Source of the DNA: Demequinaceae bacterium
Lineage (GTDB): Bacteria; Actinomycetota; Actinomycetes; Actinomycetales; Demequinaceae
DNA: 32,000 nt
Reading direction: 5' to 3'
NCBI GenBank assembly: GCA_965250005.1
Contig: OZ252279.1
Span: 300,001-332,000, forward strand
Shown here one piece after another: positions 25,899-32,000 of this stretch. The stretch's first letter is position 1. Each line of letters begins with the position of its first letter. The translations under genes and the position numbers were made by a program. A model generated the notes under the pieces. The model saw only the letters and a list, made by a program, of their open reading frames with translations. It was not told the DNA's origin and did not search any database.

Positions 25899-26915
25899 AT
25901 GCGTTGGGAGACTCAAGACATCACTGTCGAGGCGGGGGATACGCTGCCCGGACTCGCCAAACTCAGCAACCTGGTCCGCAGCGTTCAGACCCCAGGGTTC
26001 GACGGAATCACCTTTCACGAGGTGCTCGCCAAAAGCGCGCTCAACCACGTCGGGGTGAACAGCAAGGTCCCATTCCCGTGGACCATCAACCCGTATCGGG
26101 GGTGTTCGCACGCGTGCGTCTATTGTTTCGCGCGGCCTAGCCGTCGCTACCTGGATCTCAATACCGGCGGGGACTTCGACAGCCAGGTGATCGTCAAGGT
26201 GAACGTGGCCGAGGTGCTCGTGCGGGAACTCGCCCGCCGCACGTGGCGCCACCAGCCCGTCGCGCTCGGCACCAACACTGACCCGTACCAGCGCGCTGAG
26301 GGCAAGTATCAGCTGATGCCCGGCGTCATCGCGGCGCTCACCGAATCGGGCACCCCGTTCAGCATCCTCACCAAGGGCACGCTGCTCCGGCGCGACATTC
26401 CGCTGCTCACCGATGCCGCCGTAACCGTGGACGTCGAGCTGGCCATGTCCATATCGGTCTTCGACGACGACCTCCAGCGAACCGTTGAGCCCGGCACTCC
26501 CTCAACCGCGGCTCGACTGGCGACGGTGCGCGCCGCCCGCGCCGCCGGGTTGAACGTCGCTGTGTTCATGATGCCCGTGCTGCCCTTCCTCACCGACAGC
26601 GCCGAACAACTTGAGGGAGCCCTGGCCCGCATCGCCGGCGCGGGCGCCACGTCAGTCTCCTACCAAGCGCTGCATTTGCGCCCTGGGGTGAAGGACTGGT
26701 TCGCCCAGTGGCTCACGCGCGAGCGGCCCGAACTCGCATCTCGGTATCGCGCGCTCTATAGCGCCGGAGCCAACGCGCCCAAGTCCTACCGCAGCGCCCT
26801 TGCCGAGCGCATCAAGCCGCTCATCGCTAAGCACGGGTTGTCGCGCCTCGACCCACAAAAGCAGCAGGCGCCAGCCGCGAGCAGTGCTCGCGAACCGGCG
26901 CCCACGCTCTTTTGA
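25899..26915 (+). CDS. Radical SAM protein (Rv2578c / SPL-like 'DNA repair photolyase' COG1533 type)
   Basis: The CxxxCxxC motif is in NPYRGCSHACVYCFARP. At 338 aa from ATG 25899 the length is typical for the family. The ORF-track start at 25605 would overlap the opposite-strand lipoprotein gene and adds low-complexity sequence. Confidence 0.85.
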   Translation: MRWETQDITVEAGDTLPGLAKLSNLVRSVQTPGFDGITFHEVLAKSALNHVGVNSKVPFPWTINPYRGCSHACVYCFARPSRRYLDLNTGGDFDSQVIVKVNVAEVLVRELARRTWRHQPVALGTNTDPYQRAEGKYQLMPGVIAALTESGTPFSILTKGTLLRRDIPLLTDAAVTVDVELAMSISVFDDDLQRTVEPGTPSTAARLATVRAARAAGLNVAVFMMPVLPFLTDSAEQLEGALARIAGAGATSVSYQALHLRPGVKDWFAQWLTRERPELASRYRALYSAGANAPKSYRSALAERIKPLIAKHGLSRLDPQKQQAPAASSAREPAPTLF

Positions 26916-26939
26916 AAGAGCGGCTTTGTCGTAATGGGA

Positions 26940-27419
26940 CTAGTTGCAGTACTTCTCGTCGGCGGCCTCAAGCACGACCATTGCAGCGTCCATGTCCGTC
27001 TCGAACTCCTCGAAGTCGTTGCCGATCGACTCCATTTCTGCGATGAACGTTGGTAGGTCAGTTGCTTCTTCGGCTGAGGAAGCCATAGTCCCGACTACTC
27101 CGAGGCCCTCCACCACAACGTCAATCGCTGCGGCGACTTCATCGTCCGGTGCAGAGCCTCTAACGCGGTCGATCTCGGCAGACATCTCGTCAAGGGCGTC
27201 GCCTGCGTCAGCACCCCAAGTGTTGAGGGGGCCCAGGTCACCGGCAACGGCAGCCTCGAAGACGTCGTCAGTGAGTTCGAGGTTGTTGAGCGCCTCGCTC
27301 TGGTCGTCAAGGGTTGTCGTTGCGGTGCAGAAGTCGACGTCTGCGGTCGCGGCTGAGCACGCGGTCAGCGGGGCAAGGGCAAGGGCGCCTAGGACGGCGA
27401 ATCGTGTGAGTTTTGACAT
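26940..27419 (-). CDS. Putative acidic lipoprotein, unknown function
   Basis: MSKLTRFAVLGALALAPLTACSAAT has a LTAC lipobox. The mature part is strongly acidic. Confidence 0.7.
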   Translation of the reverse strand: MSKLTRFAVLGALALAPLTACSAATADVDFCTATTTLDDQSEALNNLELTDDVFEAAVAGDLGPLNTWGADAGDALDEMSAEIDRVRGSAPDDEVAAAIDVVVEGLGVVGTMASSAEEATDLPTFIAEMESIGNDFEEFETDMDAAMVVLEAADEKYCN

Positions 27420-27438
27420 GCGCCAAGTCTAGCGGCAG

Positions 27439-27924
27439 ATGTGCCAGGCTGGAGGCATGACCTACCGAACAACTCAGTGGGCATTTGAACAAATCATCGT
27501 GCTCGTCTCGATCGCGGTGTCCATCGGCGCGATCGGTTGGGCGTACGCGGCCACCGGTGATCAGTTCGGCGACGACTGGCTGGTCCTTGGAATCGTTGCT
27601 GTCGTGTTGCTGGCGGTCCTCTTCATGCCTTTGTCCGTTGACGTCACCTCGGATCGGGTGCGGATCCGGCTCGCCTACTTCGCTCGCCGCGACATTCCCG
27701 TAGCGAACATCGCGAGCGTAGAAGTCCGCGACTACCGCCCGATCCGGCAGTTCGGTGGGTGGGGGTGGCGATACGGAAAGGACGGAGCCCGTCAGTATGC
27801 GATGACGGGCAATCGCGCCGTTGTGGTCACGCTCAAGGATGGAAGCGATATCTACTTGGGCACGCGCGATTTGGTGCCGCTGGCCGATGCTATCGACCGT
27901 GCCCGCGCCTTGATCGGTCCCTGA
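27439..27924 (+). CDS. Membrane protein with a possible bacterial PH-like C-terminal domain
   Basis: Two hydrophobic helices (IIVLVSIAVSIGAIGWAYA and WLVLGIVAVVLLAVLFMPL) are followed by a soluble domain. The alternative start ATG 27457 has GGAGG only 1 nt upstream, so the start is unresolved. Confidence 0.5.
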   Translation: MCQAGGMTYRTTQWAFEQIIVLVSIAVSIGAIGWAYAATGDQFGDDWLVLGIVAVVLLAVLFMPLSVDVTSDRVRIRLAYFARRDIPVANIASVEVRDYRPIRQFGGWGWRYGKDGARQYAMTGNRAVVVTLKDGSDIYLGTRDLVPLADAIDRARALIGP

Positions 27925-28040
27925 CCGCCTGCTTGACTTATATGGGACGGGCGTGGTTCCGGGCTGCCGGGGTGTACCTGTGGCATTAGCCGCGAGAACC
28001 TCGGGAAACCGCCCATGCGTCCGGTGCTAGTTTAGTCCTC

Positions 28041-29378
28041 ATGCCCAAGCCCAGGCCGGAGTTGTCGGAGTTGTCTGCGCAACCGACGGCCCGACCCGAG
28101 CGCGGCCTGTGGAGGCTACTCGGGCCAGCCTTTGTGGCGGCCGTCGCCTACGTTGACCCCGGAAACGTCGCGGCAAACCTGACTGCGGGAGCGTCGTACG
28201 GCTATCTTCTAGTCTGGGTCCTGGTCATCTCGAACGCCATGGCAGTCCTCATCCAGTTCCTGAGCGCCAAACTCGGGCTGGTCACTGGCAAGAGCCTTCC
28301 CGAAATCCTTGGCATCCGCCTCAAGCGCCGCTCGCGGCTCGCGTACTGGGGGCAGGCCGAGATCATTGCAGGCGCAACTGACCTCGCGGAAGTGATCGGC
28401 GGAGCGATCGCCCTCAACCTGTTGTTCGGGATCCCGCTGCTGTGGGGCGGCGTCATTACGGGCGCGGTCTCTATGCTGCTGCTGTCCATTCACTCGCGGC
28501 GAGGTCAACAGCCGTTCGAATTCGTGATCATCGGGTTGCTCGCCATCATCGCTATCGGCTTCCTCGCGGGGCTGTTCGTGAGCGACGTCTCGTGGGGCGG
28601 TGCCGCAGGGGGCCTAGTGCCGCGTTTCCAGGGAGCCGAAACGGTGCTGCTGGCCGCGTCGATGCTGGGCGCCACCGTGATGCCGCACGCGATTTACTTG
28701 CACTCCGCGCTGGCGCGTGACCGCCACCGCGCCGTCGAGCACCACCAGCGCCCGGACTCGCGCGCCCCGGTCGACCCCGCCACCGCCCCGGCGCCTGACA
28801 CCACATCCCCCGAAGGCGTCTCTGTGACGCGCCGCCTGATCCGCGCAACTCGCTGGGACGTCGGCTGGTCGCTGCTTATCGCGGGATCGGTGAACATCGC
28901 CATGCTGCTGCTCGCCGCCGCGAGCCTGCGCGGGGTTGAAGGCACCGACACAATCGAGGGCGCACACGCCGCGATCGAGTCTGCGCTGGGACCGGTCATC
29001 GCCATCATCTTCGCCGTTGGTCTGCTCGCGTCTGGTTTGGCCGCAACCTCGGTTGGCGCCTACGCGGGCGCGGTGATCATGGGTGGGCTCATTAAGAAGC
29101 GTATCCCGCTACTCACACGCCGCGTTGTGACGCTGATCCCTGCGCTCATCATCCTGGCAGCCGGCGCGAACCCCACCTGGGCGCTCGTGCTGTCGCAAGT
29201 GGTGTTGAGCCTGGGCATCCCGTTTGCCCTGGTGCCGCTGGTACGGCTCACGGGTAGCACGAGGGTCATGGGGCGGTTCGCGTCCCCGCGTACTACGCAG
29301 GTGCTCGCGTGGATTGTTGTTGCACTGATCGTCGCGCTCAACGCTGCGCTAATCGTCATCACCTTTGGCGGCGCGTAG
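28041..29378 (+). CDS. mntH: Nramp-family divalent metal (Mn2+/Fe2+) transporter
   Basis: LGPAFVAAVAYVDPGNVAANLTAGASYGYLLVWV contains the DPGN signature, followed by ATVMPHAIYLHS. The protein has about 11 hydrophobic segments. Confidence 0.92.
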   Translation: MPKPRPELSELSAQPTARPERGLWRLLGPAFVAAVAYVDPGNVAANLTAGASYGYLLVWVLVISNAMAVLIQFLSAKLGLVTGKSLPEILGIRLKRRSRLAYWGQAEIIAGATDLAEVIGGAIALNLLFGIPLLWGGVITGAVSMLLLSIHSRRGQQPFEFVIIGLLAIIAIGFLAGLFVSDVSWGGAAGGLVPRFQGAETVLLAASMLGATVMPHAIYLHSALARDRHRAVEHHQRPDSRAPVDPATAPAPDTTSPEGVSVTRRLIRATRWDVGWSLLIAGSVNIAMLLLAAASLRGVEGTDTIEGAHAAIESALGPVIAIIFAVGLLASGLAATSVGAYAGAVIMGGLIKKRIPLLTRRVVTLIPALIILAAGANPTWALVLSQVVLSLGIPFALVPLVRLTGSTRVMGRFASPRTTQVLAWIVVALIVALNAALIVITFGGA

Positions 29379-30423
29379 TTCCCAGGCTGACGGCGCCGTC
29401 GGTCCCGCCAGTTTGCGCGTCGACGATTCGATCCCACCGGTCGTTCGCGTCGTCGTCGATCCCACGCCGCGACTCGTCCGCCTCGAACCACGCGACCGTC
29501 TCCCGGATGCCCTCGGCGAACGGGATTTTCGCGTCAAAGTCGGGGACCGCGGACTTGATCTTGGAGTTGTCGAACACGGTTGAGTGCACCTTGTCGCCCC
29601 ACAGGGTTCCCTCGAAGCGCTCGCGGTCCTCGGCAATGAATGCGTCCGTAGGGACGTGGACAACCTGTCGCGCAAACGTGCGCGGAGGAATGCCCGCCGC
29701 ATCGGCGACGGCGGCGTAGATCTGGTTCCACGTCAGCACCTCGTCGGACGTGATGTGAAAGTCCTCGTTGATCGCGGTGGGATTGCCGAGCAGTCCCACC
29801 AGTCCCACGGCGAAGTCTCGATGGTGGGTGTTGACCCATAGAGACGTGCCGTCCCCGGGGATCAGGGTGGGAGCGCCCCGGCGCATCCGGTCGACAATGG
29901 TCCACGGCTTGGCCCGCGACCCGATGCACAGCCCGAACTGTGAGTAGCCGTACGTGAGCGACGGGCGCACAATGGTGAACGGTAGGCCCGAGTCGCGTAC
30001 CACCTGTTCGCAAGCGATCTTGTCGCGGCTGTACTGCCAATGCGGGTTTTCGAGCGGTGTCACGCCCTCGCGCACCAGGTAGTGCTGCGGCGGCTTCTGA
30101 TATGCGCTCGCGGACGAGATGAAGACGTACTGGTCGGTCAGCTCACGGAACGTCTCCATGTCCTCGGCAATGTGATCCGGGGTGTAGCCGATCCACTGCA
30201 CCACAGCGTCGAATATCTCTCCTCTGAGCCGCCGACCGCGCAATGAGGCTCGCAAGCCATCGGGGTCTCGCGCATCGGCCCGAATGACGTGAGCGCCTTC
30301 GGGAGGAAGCGCAACAGAAGATTCCCCGCGCGTAAGCACAGTGAGATCGTGCCCTCGCTCGACCGCCAGAGCCGATGACGCCGACGAGATCACGCCAGTC
30401 CCACCAATGAAGAGAATCCGCAT
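29359..30423 (-). CDS. NAD-dependent epimerase/dehydratase (extended SDR family)
   Basis: MRILFIGGTGVISS is a Rossmann GxxGxxG motif, and YSRDK matches the YxxxK catalytic motif. It converges on mntH with a 20-nt overlap. Confidence 0.85.
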   Translation of the reverse strand: MRILFIGGTGVISSASSALAVERGHDLTVLTRGESSVALPPEGAHVIRADARDPDGLRASLRGRRLRGEIFDAVVQWIGYTPDHIAEDMETFRELTDQYVFISSASAYQKPPQHYLVREGVTPLENPHWQYSRDKIACEQVVRDSGLPFTIVRPSLTYGYSQFGLCIGSRAKPWTIVDRMRRGAPTLIPGDGTSLWVNTHHRDFAVGLVGLLGNPTAINEDFHITSDEVLTWNQIYAAVADAAGIPPRTFARQVVHVPTDAFIAEDRERFEGTLWGDKVHSTVFDNSKIKSAVPDFDAKIPFAEGIRETVAWFEADESRRGIDDDANDRWDRIVDAQTGGTDGAVSLGTTRRQR

Positions 30424-30553
30424 ACCGTCACCCTAGCCCCGCCGGGATTCATCGGCGGAACCGAGTCTGAGTTCCCTCCACCTTCGCGAAAGTGACTAAT
30501 ATAACGGCGAGTTTGGTCGCCCCAAAGGGGGGTCACGCAAGTAGCGTAGGGGG

Positions 30554-31399
30554 ATGGCCGAAACGCATGTTGCGCTCCTGCGCAAGGAGATGAGTTCGGC
30601 CCTACCCACTGACTGGCGAGACTCGGCGCCAGACGGCTACCCGCAGCAGATCGAGCTCGCATTAGTTGCTGCCGTCTTCCGCGGGGCTGACGAGCCCGAC
30701 GTCGCGTTTCAGGTGACCGCCCGCTACATGCAGGCGAGGCCGGGAAAGAGACTGGACGATCTCTCCGAAATGGGCAGGATGACCACTGGAGCAATCGGAG
30801 AGGCGGTCGGACCGCCGTTTGACGCGGCCTTGGCGATTGGGTCCAAGCGGCTGCGTGTGGATATTGCGGGGGACCTAGCGGCGTCACTATCCGCATTTGG
30901 GGTGAAGTCCGCCCAGGACTTCCTGGCGGCGTCCCGCGAGCGCGGTCTGGCGCTCGAGAAAACCTGCACAGACGTCAGCCACTCCGGACCCAGCACGTAC
31001 TTACAGTTGGCCACGTTGTTGCGTGCCGAAGTGCGTCCGGCAGGCGAAGTCGCGAGTTGGGTGCGTGAGGCTGTACGTGAGCCAGAGATGTCCAGGAGCG
31101 CGGTGCGTACACTGCTCCGCGAGACCGCCGCCAAGTCGAGCATCGAGCCCTTTATGCTTCACTACGCAATACTGCGCATGCTCAACGAGCGCGCAGTTAT
31201 TGCAGAGTCCGCGGCGCTGGCGAGTGGCGACGTTGCCGCGAAGAAGCCCGCAGCGAAGAAGGCTCCCGCCAGGAAGTCCGCGGTGAAGAAGCCCGCAGCG
31301 AAGAAGGCTCCCGCCAGGAAGTCCGCGGTGAAGAAGCCCGCAGCGAAGAAGGCTCCCGCCAGGAAGTCCGCGGTGAAGAAGCCGTCCGCTACGAAGTAG
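30554..31399 (+). CDS. Hypothetical protein with a C-terminal Lys/Ala/Pro-rich histone-H1-like repeat tail
   Basis: The ~225-aa N-terminal domain is of unrecognised family. The tail is AAKKPAAKKAPARKSAVKK x3 ...PSATK. A GTAGGGGG Shine-Dalgarno-like sequence lies upstream of the ATG. Confidence 0.65.
   Translation: MAETHVALLRKEMSSALPTDWRDSAPDGYPQQIELALVAAVFRGADEPDVAFQVTARYMQARPGKRLDDLSEMGRMTTGAIGEAVGPPFDAALAIGSKRLRVDIAGDLAASLSAFGVKSAQDFLAASRERGLALEKTCTDVSHSGPSTYLQLATLLRAEVRPAGEVASWVREAVREPEMSRSAVRTLLRETAAKSSIEPFMLHYAILRMLNERAVIAESAALASGDVAAKKPAAKKAPARKSAVKKPAAKKAPARKSAVKKPAAKKAPARKSAVKKPSATK
31241..31375 (+). repeat. Three perfect tandem copies of a 45-bp unit (in-frame, encoding KKPAAKKAPARKSAV)
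   Basis: aagaagcccgcagcgaagaaggctcccgccaggaagtccgcggtg is repeated at 31241, 31286 and 31331. A partial fourth unit (aagaagccg...) follows. Confidence 0.95.
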
Positions 31400-31913
31400 G
31401 GCGCGCCATCAGCGCCACGCGCACGGTTCCGTCTTTGGTGTCGTGCTCGCCGATGCGCCGGAAGCCCATGTGCTCGTGGAATGCCAGCGAACCTGGGTTT
31501 GGTGGTAACAAGTTCACCTCACACGTGATCTCGTTAGCGCCACGGTCGCGCGCACGCTGGAAGACCGATTCGTACAGCGCACGGCCGACGCCCGTCCCCT
31601 TGGCCTGTGCAGAGACGACAATCCGGTCGATGTACTGGTGTGCGACGCCGCGGGACTCGAACCAGGCATAGTTTTCGCTCGCGTACTTCTCGCCGGGGCC
31701 CAGGCTGAGCAGGAACGCGATGACGGTGCCTCCGGCATCACTTGCAACGAGCGCGACGTCGCACAATTTGTGGACTTCGGCCAGCTCGTTTTCTGCCAGT
31801 GCGTTGACGTGAGGTACGGCCGCCGAGTTGAGGATTGCGACGGCGGGCAGGTCGGCGTCGCGCATTACGCGAAGCCGAAAGTTCTGCATGGGTCTATTGT
31901 GGCGGTTTTCCAC
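31389..31913 (-). CDS. GNAT-family N-acetyltransferase
   Basis: The acetyl-CoA motif is IVVSAQAKGTGVGRALYE (Q/RxxGxG/A), with the downstream block NPGSLAFHEHMGFRRIG. An alternative start is ATG 31889 (MQNFRLRVMRD). Confidence 0.85.
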   Translation of the reverse strand: MENRHNRPMQNFRLRVMRDADLPAVAILNSAAVPHVNALAENELAEVHKLCDVALVASDAGGTVIAFLLSLGPGEKYASENYAWFESRGVAHQYIDRIVVSAQAKGTGVGRALYESVFQRARDRGANEITCEVNLLPPNPGSLAFHEHMGFRRIGEHDTKDGTVRVALMARPTS

Positions 31914-32000
31914 CGTTTGCGCCGCATATAGCGTGACGTGAGCCGAGCGAAATCTTGACGGACGCTGCTGGCGCGATCAGTGCGTGGACGTGCAGGCGGA

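Noticed and set aside
27925-28040. Search for a DtxR/MntR-type palindromic operator or Mn riboswitch upstream of mntH
   Set aside because: Only a weak TAGTTTAGTCCT half-site-like string lies next to the start. I could identify neither a palindrome nor a conserved riboswitch core by eye.
31241-31385. Tandem 45-bp repeats as a possible CRISPR array or minisatellite outside genes
   Set aside because: The units are directly adjacent with no spacers. They are in frame within a long ORF and encode a coherent KKPAAKKAPARKSAV peptide repeat.

Overview
This is a high-GC, Actinomycetota-like chromosomal window that mixes housekeeping genes with accessory modules. All calls come from reading the supplied translations and sequence by eye; no database search was run, and domain boundaries are approximate.

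Layout:
- **1-4877:** a lower-GC block of three translationally coupled DNA methyltransferase genes. These are a 5'-truncated C5-MTase, a complete C5-MTase, and a 1091-aa type IIG/type ISP-like N6-adenine MTase fusion. The fusion has an N-terminal nuclease-like IDHK motif and an atypical NPPA catalytic motif.
- **5199-6056:** a very GC-rich stand-alone SIR2-family (SIR2_2-like) gene with its catalytic N/H signature intact.
- **6173-9829:** a lipoprotein followed by a degenerate copy of its own 3' end, a LysE exporter, a ROK regulator and a small CxxC thioredoxin-like protein.
- **9830-11133:** an IS3-family element with inverted repeats, a T6G frameshift site and no target-site duplication.
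- **11134-23786:** an Rhs/YD-repeat polymorphic-toxin locus.
  - The main gene encodes 3048 aa: Sec signal, cadherin-like domain, FG-GAP propeller, about 6-7 Ig-like domains, YD shell, DPxGL motif and an unclassifiable C-terminal toxin.
  - An immunity candidate overlaps the rhs stop, and two further small ORFs follow it.
  - A 2.1-kb orphan rhs core copy is cut by the IS3 exactly at the core/toxin boundary.
- **23924-24588:** head-to-head 5'-truncated fragments of ispE and transaldolase, which look like a rearrangement scar.
- **24638-32000:** ordinary genes. These are an ACT-domain protein, two lipoproteins, an Rv2578c-like radical SAM protein, a membrane protein, MntH, an SDR epimerase, a protein with a perfectly repeated Lys/Ala/Pro tail, and a GNAT.

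The best candidates for something new are two. One is the MTase-like/SIR2 neighbourhood, a possible modification-linked NADase defence, though the composition argues against a single module. The other is the unassigned Rhs C-terminal toxin with its immunity pair.
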